In this document: positions 1-11,959 of the stretch, one piece after another
How positions within the stretch are numbered: the stretch's first letter is position 1
How the letters are laid out: every line of letters starts with the position of its first letter
Assembly: GCF_006345805.1 (NCBI RefSeq)
Contig: NC_042997.1
Location: 201,004,001-201,068,000, forward strand
Direction of reading: 5' to 3'
Source of the DNA: Octopus sinensis
Lineage: Eukaryota
DNA length: 64,000 nucleotides
Notes under the pieces: model-generated
Databases searched by the model: none
What the model was told of the DNA's origin: nothing
What the model saw: only the letters and a program-made list of their open reading frames with translations
Made by a program: the position numbers and the translations under genes

Positions 1-15
1 CTGGTGACATAAAAA

Positions 16-779
16 AACGAAAGTTCTGAAGAAAGAAACTTTAATTTCCCTTGCTGAATGTCAGAGTTACGAAAATCTAAATAAATTTTCTGGTCAAAAG
101 ATTATTTTTTTCATGGATATTAGAGGTTGTCATAAATACCAAGTTATACACGAAAATGGTTGTTCATGATAAAAAGAGTAACAATCATCTACTTTAAAGT
201 TCACTAAGTCTTTATCTAATCTTAGAAATGTTTTATAAAGACTGGTAATGATAAAGTTTCTTAAAAGACAACATGGTAGTATCTGATGTAGTATAAGAAC
301 AAGCGAAAAGAAAACATGTTTATTATAAATGATTTTTGTATCGAATAAATAGAATGACACAATATATCCATTAATAGTATTTAAATATAATACTTTAAAC
401 CATCGTCAGACAATAAATATTTTTATTATGGGTTCTTTACATTTATCAGGATGTTCAATATACTGAAAATTTACTTTGTAGATACAACGTTTTTCCTGTA
501 TTTAATTCATAGAAGAGATTTATAAATTGAATGAGATTATATGGAATATATGTTAACTCTTTAGTTAACAGAAGTTTTCAGAGATGTACTAGCCAGACAA
601 GTGATTTGACCTGAGAAGTGAAACTAAAGCCATTATTCTGTGGAAGATACATTTCAACCATTCAAAAATTGCACAAAAACTGTCAGCTTCTCTTAAGTAT
701 TTTTTATTTGCTGTTAAAAGTTTTGTCACACTAACTGTGACCAAGTCACTGACTTGGTTTCACTCCATCTTTAAAAGTA

Positions 780-815
<36 letters not shown>

Positions 816-1073
816 TGATTGTTATAGATGATATATAGATGATATATATATAGATGATATATAGATGATATATAGATGATATATATATAGATTAAAGTAG
901 ATGATTGTTACTCTTTTTATCATGAACAACCATTTTCGTGTATAACTTGGTATTTATGACAACCTCTAATATCCATGAAAAAAATAATCTTTTGACCAGA
1001 AAATTTATTTAGATTTTCGTAACTCTGACATTCAGCAAGGGAAATTAAAGTTTCTTTCTTCAGAACTTTCGTT
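16..1073. repeat. Perfect 182-bp inverted repeat (arms 16-197 and 892-1073) around a ~700-bp spacer; long-TIR/foldback element or inverted duplication
   Basis: Base-by-base comparison: the reverse complement of 16-197 (aacgaaagttctgaagaaag...catctactttaa) equals 892-1073 with no mismatch seen. Confidence 0.9.
783..891. repeat. (TA)n tract followed by degenerate (TAGATGATATA) units
   Basis: Directly visible. The unit resembles the inner end of the adjacent inverted-repeat arm (tagatgattgtta). Confidence 0.85.
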
Positions 1074-1084
1074 ATATATATATA

Positions 1085-1290
1085 TAGGGGGAGAATTCAC
1101 GGAAAAAACAAAATACGAAGACAGGTGGTGTACAAAACAAACAGATGTATTAGTATAATGCTCGGGAATTGAAAAAGTCTTTTACGTTTCAAGCCTACGC
1201 TCTTCTACAGAAAGGGACACAGAAAAAAACCAGGAGAGAAACAAGGAGGGAAAAATTTGTGTATAGTAGCTACCAATCTATCATGGTGAT
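1085..1290 (-). mobile_element. Probable Penelope-like (PLE) terminal fragment with a hammerhead-like fold at 1179-1214
   Basis: Minus strand reads cttt-CTGTAGA-A-gagc(gtag)gctt-GAAAC-GTA-aaag, a type I hammerhead topology typical of PLE pseudo-LTRs. It lies next to a (TA)n tract. No PLE ORF seen. Confidence 0.5.
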
Positions 1291-1583
1291 CTATCCCCCG
1301 CTAAAAGTGGATGTTGGATTAGAATGCAGAATACTGATTTATTCATGATGAGAGAACATTTCAGATGAATGTGTGGAGCACAAAAGAACTTGTGTTTCTA
1401 TTGCTGACAGGTGATAACTGTCCGTTACAGCCACTGAAACTGACAGATCCTGTGATTTCTCCCTTCCTTGAGCTTATCAATGACAGACGTCCTGCATACA
1501 GTACCCCTCACCAGTGATATATAACTCTCAGTGTCTTGCCAGTGTCTATTCAACCACTAGTATCACAAATAGCTAGTGGCCTT

Positions 1584-2345
1584 CATCATCATCATCATCA
1601 TCATTGTTTAATGTCCGTTTTCCATGCCGGCATGGGTTGGACGGTTCAACCGGGGTCTGGGAAGCCAGGAGGCTGCACCAGGCTCCAGTCTGATCTGGCA
1701 GTGTTTCTACAGCTGGATGCCCTTCCTAACGCCAACCACTCTGAGAGAGTCATGGGTGTTTCTTTATGTGCCACTGGCACAGGAGCCAGAGGGAGCTGGC
1801 AACGACCATGATTCATTGGTGCTTTTTATGTGCCACTGGCACGGGAGCCTGTCAAGGCAGCACTGGTATCAGCCATATTGGTGCTTTTTACATGCCACCA
1901 GCACAGGGATCACAACTACAATTTTCAGTTGATTTTTATTTTGATGTTGATGTTGATGTACTTGACTCAATAGGTCTCCTCAAGCACGGCATGTCGCCCT
2001 ACGATCCAAGATACTTTTGAGTTGACTGGTTATGTGACACTGATGTAGGTTACAGCTGTGGACTCACTTTATTTGCTAGGTCTTCTCAGTCACAGCATAT
2101 CTCTAGAGATCTCGGTCTTTCATCATTGCCTCTGTGAGATCCAAAATTCGAAAGTCATGCTTCACCACCTCATCCCATGTCTTCCTGGGTCTCCCTCTAT
2201 CCCGGATTCCTTCCACTGTTTGAGAGTGGAACTTCTTCCCACAGCTCTCCTCATCCATTCATAGTACATGACTTTACCAATGCAAACATCTTTCTTGCAC
2301 ACCACATCTGATGCTTCTTATGTCCAACATTTCTCTCAGGGCATT
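1584..2345 (-). mobile_element. 5'-truncated RTE-clade LINE: ORF2 C-terminus, 3'UTR and (GAT)n tail
   Basis: Minus translation LRSIRCGVQERCLHW*SHVL*MDEE...RGRPRKTWDEVVKHDFRILDLTEAMMKDRDL matches the RTE C-terminal pattern (RLxWxGHVxRM...RGRPRKTW). It continues into the 3'UTR family seen ~17 times in the window. Confidence 0.88.
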
Positions 2346-2499
2346 TATTACATAAATTTTTGTTCCAAAGAAGAGACACAAAGTTTTTCCAACTGCATCT
2401 CTCTGAAACAGAACTGGACTAAAACATACCCTCAGAATTAGTTGAGCTGATATTAAGGCAACCAGGATGAATGGTTTCCACTTGGAACAAAATACTCAA

Positions 2500-2680
2500 C
2501 TGCATTTCTTCCAAATCTTTACATTCTGAGCTCAAATCCAGTCAAAGCCAATTTTTCTTTCCATCGTTTGAAGTTAATAAAATAAAGTATCGGTTAAATA
2601 CTGGGGTCGATGTAATCCCCACCCCCATGCTTGCTGATGTTGTGCCAAAATTAGAAAGAATTATGCTGACAGGTAAGTTG
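2500..2680 (+). mobile_element. SINE family B fragment
   Basis: ttctgagctcaaatcc (B-box-like) ... ctggggtcgatgtaatc, shared with the family B copies at 53060-54153. Confidence 0.7.
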
Positions 2681-2965
2681 TCTTTAATAATTTTAGTGTT
2701 CTATAAAGTTGAAATTGCTGGGGAGTCATTTGCATTTTTAGAAAACATGTATCAACTTTAAAATCTTGGAGATTTTATGATTTGGCAGAAGTGTTGGAAA
2801 TTTCAGAACTTTATTCATTTGGCAAACAACTGTGTATTGAAACTGAAGGAACTAAATGATGGAAAAGCCATTTAATGACACACTGACACACAGAAATTAG
2901 GCCACGAGGTATCAGAATTTTGTCACCCAACGGTCACTGACAAAACTCTATAGATGCAGTGGATC

Positions 2966-3130
2966 TGTCATCATCATCATCATCGTAATCATCCTCCTCC
3001 TCCTCATCATCATCATCGTCTTCATCATCATCCTCATCATCATCATCGTCGTCATCATCATCATCATCGTAATCTTCATCATCATCACCACCCCCGCCCC
3101 TCCGCCTCCTCCTCCTCCTCCTTATCATCA
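2966..3130. repeat. (CAT)n/(CCT)n microsatellite
   Basis: Directly visible; source of the poly-His and poly-Asp ORFs. Confidence 0.95.
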
Positions 3131-3654
3131 TTGATTTAGCAGCCACTTTTCCTTACTTACCGCGACCTATCACCCTAGTGTGCTGCTGCTGTCCTAAGAC
3201 CTTATGAAAAAAAGTGTACAGAGTTTATGGAACTAAATTATTTTTTCTGGCCAGATGCCCTTCCAGTCATCAACTGTCATTTGCTTCCAAGTAAGTTTAC
3301 TATTTCTACTTGATCAGACACGTCTCATGGAATGCTGAAAACGAACAACACTGCTAGTATGAGAGTGACACTTGTTTACAACTATTAAACCACGTTGTGA
3401 CAAGGAGAAACAATGATTTACAGACTTACATTCAGACACACAGACTCATGTGTATATATATATATATATGTGTGTGTATGCATACATACACACACACACA
3501 CACACACACACATGCAGGAAGTAAATAGATACCTTTAATTTTCAAACTTTCTGATCTAAGCGTCTTAATATGTTTACAGAAGTGTAGAATTTACTATGTA
3601 ATTATTCTTTTTTATTCCAGGTGCCATTATATTAAACATTTGCGAAGAGCAACC

Positions 3655-4045
3655 ATGCCACGCACAAAAAATTCAGCAGAACTGTCAGATTTTCAAAGAG
3701 GTTGTATTGTTGGGCAATCTGAGGCTTCTCTTAGCTAGCAAAGAATTGCTAAAAATCTTCAAATTCCTCTTGCTACTGTTAATAGAATTACAGTGCAATT
3801 CAAAAGCCAAGGAAAAGAATCAACAGATTCTCATCCCAGTCGACCTGGGCCCTCGGAAAGGAAGCTTCACTGTTTGAAGAGAATTGTGGAAAACGAACCC
3901 TCGTTCGAAGGCTTCTGACATTGCAAAACAGCTAGAAGTTAGTCCAAGTACGTGTGTTACATATATGCATAAGCTTGGGTATTATGGACGAGCGGCTTGA
4001 AGAAAACTTCTCCTTCAACCAATTAATATCAAATAAAAGATTTTG
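3655..4045 (+). pseudogene. Tc1/mariner transposase N-terminal (paired-like HTH) remnant
   Basis: Translation with stops and frameshifts: [43 protein letters not shown]...[46 protein letters not shown]. No catalytic domain or TIR found. Confidence 0.8.
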
Positions 4046-4150
4046 AAATTAATGGTGTTTATTTACTTCATGCATGTCTGTGTATATATTGCTATATTTT
4101 GGGCTGGTCATTTTATTTATTAATTTATCTTTTTGCCAAATAAACACACG

Positions 4151-4194
<44 letters not shown>

Positions 4195-4206
4195 TATATA
4201 TATATT

Positions 4207-4522
4207 CTCTCTTTTACTCTCTTACTTGTTTCAGTCATTTGACTGCAGCCATACTGGAGCACCGCCTTTAATCGAGCAACTCGACCCCGGGACTTATTCT
4301 TTTGCAAGCCCAGTACTTATTCTATCGGTCTCTTTTGCTAAAACGCTAAGTAACGGGGACATAAACACACCAGCATCGGTTGTCAAGCAATGCTAGGGGG
4401 ACAAACACAGACACAAACACACACACACACACATATATATATATACATATATACGACGGGCTTCTTTCAGTTTCCGTCTACCAAATCCACTCACAAGGCT
4501 TTGGTCGGCCCGAGGCTATAGT
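4207..4522 (-). mobile_element. SINE family A, 5'-truncated
   Basis: Reverse complement of the body and (AAAGAGT)n tail of the full copy at 54195-54615. Confidence 0.9.
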
Positions 4523-4716
4523 AGAAGACACTTCATTCATTTATCACTGTTATCTTATTATTTTAACACATGTCCATTGACCAGATATCTTTCATCACAC
4601 ATCTGTGACATCTTTGGCAACACTTCTCATTTTCGCGTGTGTTCTTGCTCCGCTTACTCCATTCTGTTCTTCTAAGATGCGTATCTTAATGTGCACTTGG
4701 ATTTCTGTCCTTGTTT

Positions 4717-4772
<56 letters not shown>

Positions 4773-5243
4773 ACATGCGTTTGGGTGTGTCTTAGTTTTT
4801 AGCAGCAGTGTGGCCAACCTCTCACCCCATTGTGCTGCTCCTGCTGTCCTGAGACCCAAGAAAAAAAATAAGGGTACAGTTCCTGTATACCTCAGTGTAT
4901 GTGTCTTCACCCTTCATCCACAGTGCTGCCATCATGGTAGTTGTTGTTGTTGTTATTACCCTCATCAGCACTACCACTGCTGTTGACCATATTAATTGTG
5001 TTGTTGACATCATATGGTCATCGATGAGGTTTCAATATGTGTGTGTTTGCGTGTGCATGGGTTCAATATATATGTATCCATGTCCTGTATATAGTTTTAT
5101 TTATTTATATTATCTATCTCTGTCTTACATTTATCCAGTCCTCAGTCAAACCGTCCAACCCATGCCAGCATGGAAAGCAGACGTTAAACGACGATGATAA
5201 TGATGATGATGTAAAGTGTGTGCATTTTCCTTCTTTAATTTCT

Positions 5244-5290
<47 letters not shown>

Positions 5291-5307
5291 TATATAATAT
5301 ATACATA

Positions 5308-5340
<33 letters not shown>

Positions 5341-6049
5341 GTATATATATATATTTATACATATATATATGTATATATATACATATACATATATACATAT
5401 ATATATACATATACATGTGTGTGTGGTGTGTGTGTGAGTGCATATATGTGTATGTTTGTATATATATGTGAAGCTCATACATACACACATACATACATAC
5501 ATACATATATATGTGTATGTGTATCAACAAATAGCAATTATTGCACCAACTGCTAGTTCCAGATAAAACACATTTCGTTGTTTCATTTATCCTATTCTGA
5601 CTCCATTGATTCCCTTAGTAAGCTTGTATTCATTTACGTCTTCCTGTCCTAAGTGTATAACCTGAATATCCAATTCATAAATTCTTTCAATTCTACATAT
5701 AACTAAACCTGTATATTAAAACTAAAAACGGCTTCTCTGCTTCCATAACTTGCCCTGCCAAAACATGATCTGCTTATTAAGTGTAAATGATTTGTTAAGT
5801 GTTTTCAGTAGAAAACGATAAAAATAGTTCTGACTTCACTGTTTGTGGTAGCCTTTTTGATATTTAAACAATACTGGCATTGATATCTGGTTGTGAATTT
5901 TTCATCAATAGAAATGTTAAATTTTATTGATATAAATATGGCTGTATGGGTAAGACATTTGCTTCACAACCATGTAATTTGGGGTTTCTTTCCCATGACA
6001 GAGCACCAAGGAAAAGCCTCTTCTACTATTGTCTTGGGCTGATATATCT

Positions 6050-6126
6050 ATCATCATCATCATCACCATCACCATCATCATCACCATCATCATCACCATC
6101 ATCATCACCATCATCATCACCATCAC

Positions 6127-6166
<40 letters not shown>

Positions 6167-6219
6167 GTCATCATCATCGTCATTGTCATCGTCATCGTTG
6201 TCGTCATCATCGTCAAATG

Positions 6220-6254
<35 letters not shown>

Positions 6255-6261
6255 GTCATCG

Positions 6262-6316
<55 letters not shown>

Positions 6317-6320
6317 TTAA
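6050..6320. repeat. (CAT)n/(CAC) microsatellite continuous with an RTE tail remnant
   Basis: Ends in catcatttaatgtccactctccaagctgacatgggtt, a degenerate RTE 3' end. Confidence 0.9.
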
Positions 6321-6374
6321 TGTCCACTCTCCAAGCTGACATGGGTTAATACATACATATATATTCTTTTTTTT

Positions 6375-6668
6375 TTCTTTTTATTTATTTTAGTCATTTG
6401 ACTATGGCCATGCTGGAGCAGTGCCTTTAGTTGAGCAAATCAATCCCAGGACTTATTCTTTGTAAGCTTGGTATTTATTCAGTTGGTCTGTTTTGCCGAA
6501 CCGCTAAGTTATGAGGACTTAAACACACCAGCATCGGTTCAGCAAACGAGACCATTAGATTAAGTACTGGGTTTACAAAGAATAAGTTCTGGGCTCGATT
6601 TGCTCGACTAAAGGCCATGCTCCAGCATGGCCACAGTCAAATGACTGAAATAAGTAAGAGTAAAGAGT
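6375..6668. mobile_element. Two SINE A 3' halves joined in inverted orientation
   Basis: 6375-6540 matches the minus orientation and 6541-6668 the plus orientation; junction at shared cggtt. Confidence 0.8.
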
Positions 6669-7655
6669 ATGTGTAAAAGCTGACCAGACATAAATGTAGT
6701 CGTTGTTGACTTTTTAAACATTGTTAGATTGAAATAAGAGTTTGTGTGTCATTTATGATGTGTATATATACATATATATAAACATAGAAAGACATCACCT
6801 GTAATGTTTAGTCTCAGAGAAGTTTCTCATGAGTTCTTGAGAAATTATATACACTGGTATTTCAATATAATACAGCTTCAAGTGTGTATATTAATTAAAT
6901 TCTAACTGAATCAGCTTTGGCGTGAATCAGTACATTTTGTTTACTTAGCTTTGTATTGGAACAAGTCTTTCAACTTTGCTCGGAATTTCCCATTTGTCAC
7001 CGAGGAAACCAAATCTGGTTGAAACACTGTCTGACAATCCACTCTCTCCACTCTTTACTCTTTTACTTGCTTCAGTCATTTGACTTTGGTCATGCTGGAG
7101 CACCGCCTTATTCGAGCAAATCAACCCCAGGACTTATTCTTTGTAAGCCTAGTACATATTCTATTGGTCTCTTTTGCCGAACTGCTATGTTACGGGGACG
7201 TAAACACACCAGCATTGGTTGTCAAGCGATGTTGATGGAAGATGGAATACATGAGAATTTATTATTAATCACAACAATTGTTTTGACACATTAAGCATTG
7301 AGGGCGTTTATATAGCTATATTTCTTAACAGTTATTTTAAAAACTTTCTGCACTAGATTGCATGTTCGTTTCTCTATGGCCATCTGTGATTTTATTTTTC
7401 ATCTTCTATATAAATGAAGATATTTCCTCCATCTGGTTGCTTTTCTCTCCACAAAATGGTAAGTTACATTGCGGAACAGTCATTTTAATGAGATGTATTC
7501 ATTTATTACCTGATGAAATACACCTGCTCTACCGGATGCTTCTGAACCAGTTGTTGAGTGTCCCAGCCATGAGGAATCGATGCTGGATATGTCAAAACGA
7601 TTGTCATAATTAATAATAAATTCTCGAATATTCCTTCTTTCGTCTTTCATTCATC

Positions 7656-7705
<50 letters not shown>

Positions 7706-7751
7706 TATCATAAAACGAATGGTTAACACCTGGTAGCTTACTAGTAAAGTA

Positions 7752-8160
7752 CTCTCTTTTACTCTTTTACTCTTTTACTTGTTTCAGTCATTTGACTGCG
7801 GCCATGCTGGAGCACCGCCTTTAGTCGAGCAAATCGACCCCGGGACTTATTCTTTGTAAGCCCAGTACTTATTCTATCGGTCTCTTTTGCCGAACCGCTA
7901 AGTGACGGGGACGTAAACACACCAGCATCGGTTGTCAAGCAATGCTAGGGGGACAAACACAGACACACAAACACACACACACACACACAACATATATAAT
8001 ATATATATATATTATTATATATATATAATATACACATATATACGACAGGCTTCTTTCAGTTTCCGTCTACCAATCCACTCACAAGGCATTGGTCGGCCCG
8101 GGGCTATAGCAGAGACACTTGCCCAAGATGCCACGCAGTGGGACTGAACCCGGAACCATA
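7752..8160 (-). mobile_element. SINE family A, near full length
   Basis: Tail, body, internal (CA)/(TA) tract and B-box region (gggactgaacc on + strand). Confidence 0.92.
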
Positions 8161-8784
8161 CGGTCACTTTTTTTAATACTTTTCTTGCAGGATTGCGTGT
8201 TCGTTTCTCTTTTTGCCATCTGTGATTTTATTTCTGATCTTCTACATAAATGAAGATATTTCCTCCATCTGGCTGCTTTTCTCTGTACAAAACAGGAAGT
8301 TACATTACAGAACAGTTATTTTAATGAGTTCATCATCATCATCATCATCATCGTTTAGCGTCCGTTTCCCATGCTATATTTATTTATCACCCGACGAGAT
8401 ATATCACAAGAGGAATTGATTCTAGATGCATCGAAACAATTGTCGTCATTAATAACAACTTCTCATATATTCCATCTTTGGTCTTTCATTTGCCATATAT
8501 ATATGTATGTATGTATGTATATGCATTTATAAACAATAGAGCAATAATATTTATCCCCTATCTCATGTATTCATGGATGATAATGAAATTATATTTATGG
8601 CATATCAATGCATTCATGAAGAATAGCATCATCATATTTATATTACATGTTATGCCATGCACTCATGCAAACTAGTGTCAGTAATTACAGATCCCTAATG
8701 AACCAGTCATTGTTTCAATGAATATCCAAGGACAACAGTCATAAAGGAATGCTTATGAAAAATAATATATACCACAAAATATTC

Positions 8785-9205
8785 TCTTTACTCTTTACTC
8801 TTTTACTTCTTTCAGTCATTTGACTGTGGCCATGCCAGAGCACTGCCTTTTAGTCGAGCAAATCGACCCCAGGACTTATTCTTTGTAAGCCTGTACTTAT
8901 TCTATCGGTCTCTTTTGCTGAACTGCTAAGTTACGGGGATGTAAACACACCAGCATCGGTTGTCAAGCGATGTTGGGGGGACAAACACAGACACACAAAC
9001 ATATACACACACTATCATACATATATGTATATATATATATATATATACATATATACGACAGGCTTCTTTCAGTTTCCGTCCACCAAATCCACTCACAAGG
9101 CTTTGGTCGTCCCGAGGCTATAGCAGAAGACAGTTGCCCAAGGTTCCACACAGTGGGACTAAACCTGGAATCATGTGGTTGGTAAGCAAGCTACTTACCA
9201 CACAG
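8785..9205 (-). mobile_element. SINE family A, full length
   Basis: Same architecture, including the tRNA-like head (ccacacagccactcct on + strand). Confidence 0.92.
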
Positions 9206-9299
9206 CCACTCCTACACCTAAATTCCTGTATGATGCTCCAATTTTTCTTGAATTTTTTTCTCACCAAAGTTTATATCTTTCACTGATACTACCAAGCAT

Positions 9300-9598
9300 G
9301 GCTTTGTGGTTAGGGCTTTTATCTCACGATCGTAAAGTCGTGAGTTCAGTTTCCGGTGACGTGTTGTGTCCTTGAGCAAGACTCTTTATTTCCTGTTGCT
9401 CCAGTCCACTCAACTGGCAAAAATGAGCAATACATGTATTCCAAAGGGCCGGCCTTGTCATACTTTGTGTCATGCTGAATCTCTCTGAGAACTACGTTAA
9501 GGGTACAAGTGTCTGTGGAGTGCTCAGCCACTTGCATGTTAATTTCACGAGCAAGCTGTTCTGTTGATCGTATCAGCTGCGATCCTTACTGCAGCAAC
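9300..9598 (+). mobile_element. tRNA-headed SINE, family C (CORE-like central block)
   Basis: A-box-like tggctttgtgg, B-box-like gagttcagtttcc and block gtgtccttgagcaagactctttatttc. Its tail also occurs at ~22855-22965. Confidence 0.7.
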
Positions 9599-9600
9599 CC

Positions 9601-9838
9601 TTCTTCCTCCTCCTCCTCCTCCTCCTCCTACTACTACTACTACTACTACTGCTACTACTCCTACTACAACTACTACTCTTACTGCTACTACTACTACTAC
9701 TATTACTACTGCTACTGCTCCTACTACAATTACTACTCTTACTGCTACTACTACTACTACTGTTACTACTAATACAACTCCTACTACTACTACTAATAAT
9801 AATAATACTAACACCACCACCACCACCACCACTACTAT

Positions 9839-9880
<42 letters not shown>
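9601..9880. repeat. (CCT)n(CTA)n(CAC)n compound microsatellite with a ~60-bp higher-order duplication
   Basis: Directly visible. Confidence 0.9.
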
Positions 9881-10344
9881 AGATGCACACAGATATTCCA
9901 TCTCCTAAATTCCACACCAAAGTTCTTCTTAGTCAGTCTGTGGTTGTAGCAGAAAAAAAACCCCTTTTTCTGAAGATGCAGCATAGACAGATCAGAGTGT
10001 GAACCACTTGTTTGTGCTGGCAATTTCATTGTGTCTGTGACGTCGTCAATATGATGGCATGTTTGTTGTGCTGAGTGAACGATGCTGCAACATCGCCATA
10101 GAAACAAAACACCTGAGCATTAATGGAACATGAAGTGAATGTAATGTGCTTCAAAAAGCGCATGAACACGGACATGAAAGAGGAGATTAATATATCATAA
10201 AATTCAAATTATTGCTGTGATAATTCATCTCTGTAATAAATTAGCAACATGAAATAAATCACTGGTTTAATGATTTCTGTGTCATTTCCTCTTGTTAGCA
10301 TTTCATAAACACAGTTACTTACACACACTCATGGATATATCTTA

Positions 10345-10685
10345 CATCATCATCATCATCATTGTTTAAAGTCCGCTTTCCATGCTAGCATGTGTTAGAC
10401 AGTTTGACTGAGGACTGGCGAACCAGATGGCTGCACCAGCCTCCAATCTGATCTGGCAGAGTTTCTACAGCTGGATGCCCTTCCTAATGCCAACCACTCT
10501 GAGTATGTAGTGGTTGCTTTTATGTGCCACAAGCACGAGGGCTAGTCAGGCGCTTCTGGCAACAACTATGCCCAAAAGGTGTTTTTTCGTGCCACCTGCA
10601 TGGGATCCAATCCGGCAGCACTGGGAATGACCTCGCTCAAATGTTGTTTTCACATGCCACCGGCACAAGTGCCAGTAAGGCAACA
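10345..10685 (-). mobile_element. RTE 3'UTR copy
   Basis: catcatcattgtttaaagtccgctttccatgctagc...ggatgcccttcctaatgccaaccactc, plus degenerate subrepeats. Confidence 0.85.
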
Positions 10686-10795
10686 TACATAAATACATAG
10701 ATCCATACAGTCATATAAGTATATATGCATGCATACATATATAATGTATGTATACATAGATGTGTGTGTGTGCATGTATACACACACACACACAT

Positions 10796-10840
<45 letters not shown>

Positions 10841-11199
10841 CATACACACACGCACACACACATACACATATGACAGGCTCTTTCAGTTTTCATCTACTAA
10901 ATCCACTCTCAAAGCTTTGGTTGGCCTGAGGCTTTAATAGAAGATACTTGCCCAAGGTGGGATTGAGACTGGAACCATGTGGTTGATAAGCAAGCTTCTT
11001 ACCATATAGTCATGCCTGCACCTATATATGTATGCATGTATTTTTTGAGCAGTAATAATATAGTTGTTGGTTATGGCTGGTCTGTGAGTTACCATTGGTT
11101 TCACACCTAAAATACTCTTAGTAATATCAGTAACTTGTTGGAGCAGCTGGGCAACAGATCTCATGAGGCACCTACATCGCTAAAAGCATTTAGGTGTGA

Positions 11200-11490
11200 A
11201 ATGGATGGTAACACTGATCAGCCTGACATCAATTTTAAAATTCATCCAAGACTTGACCTCCATGCTATCCGCCAACTACAAAAGTTGAACTTAAGATCAT
11301 AACCACATTACGTCACAACTCCTTTACCTCAATGGGTCCAGCTCTCTTTAATACCATACCAAAATATGTCGAAATGGAAATGGATCCCATAAGATTCAAA
11401 AGTTCACTGGACAAATTTCTTCAAAAAATCCCAGACCAACCTCGTACAACTGGATATATCTCCAACAATAATAACTCTTTACTGGAATGT
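11200..11490 (+). mobile_element. CR1/L2-group LINE ORF2 3' end remnant
   Basis: TLRHNSFTSMGPALFNTIPKYVEMEMDPIRFKSSLDKFLQKIPDQPRTTGYISNNNNSLLE fits the CR1-group C-terminal pattern NSF..GPxLFNxLP...FKxxLDxFLxxIPDQP..GY....NSL. Confidence 0.8.
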
Positions 11491-11500
11491 GAGAAAATTT

Positions 11501-11890
11501 GTGAAATGGTACAAAAAAATTTTCTTGTCCATATTTGACATGTGTGTTGTGAAGGCTCATTTGATTTGGCAGATGATTGGCTGTGTGGGGGATGGATTGA
11601 CATTTAGGAATCTATTATTTCATGAAATCATAGAAGTATCAGACTTGCTAAAGTACAGAACATGAGGACATCCCAACGCCGGACTCTCTCCTCACCGCAT
11701 GGTGAAGGGATATGAACATTTTCCACAACTGTTTCCCTCCATCGCCAAGAAGACAAATGCTTCAAAGAGATGCACAGTGTTTAAAGCAAAAGGGAAATGT
11801 AAGGAAACTTGATTCCATTGTTCATGATGTGATATACCACTGTGTGTGGTGCCCTGTTTTGAACTCTACCACACTAATGTCAATTTTTGA
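11501..11890 (+). pseudogene. piggyBac-family transposase C-terminal remnant with cysteine-rich domain
   Basis: One frame with stops: VKWYKKIFLSIFDMCVVKAHLIW...GYEHFPQLFPSIAKKTNASKRCTVFKAKGKCKET*FHCS*CDIPLCVVPCFELYHTNVNF*. KWYKK(I/L)F and the C..C.VPLC..PCF..YH CRD are piggyBac hallmarks. Confidence 0.88.
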
Positions 11891-11959
11891 ATTCACGTGA
11901 TTGTAAATACATGAAGTTGATCTGACCTGTGCTGTCGAGAGTTGAGGCAAATAAACAGG

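Noticed and set aside
130-360. 76-aa minus-strand ORF overlapping the inverted-repeat arm
   Set aside because: No recognisable transposase or other motif; AT-rich chance ORF.
7510-7545. Other CTGATGA motifs (7510, 37612, 41438, 63793) as hammerheads
   Set aside because: No paired stem II followed by GAAA and an NUH site with a stem I partner.
9564-9908. Mucin-like Thr/Pro-rich ORF
   Set aside because: Lies entirely within (CCT)(CTA)(CAC) microsatellite and starts inside a SINE tail.
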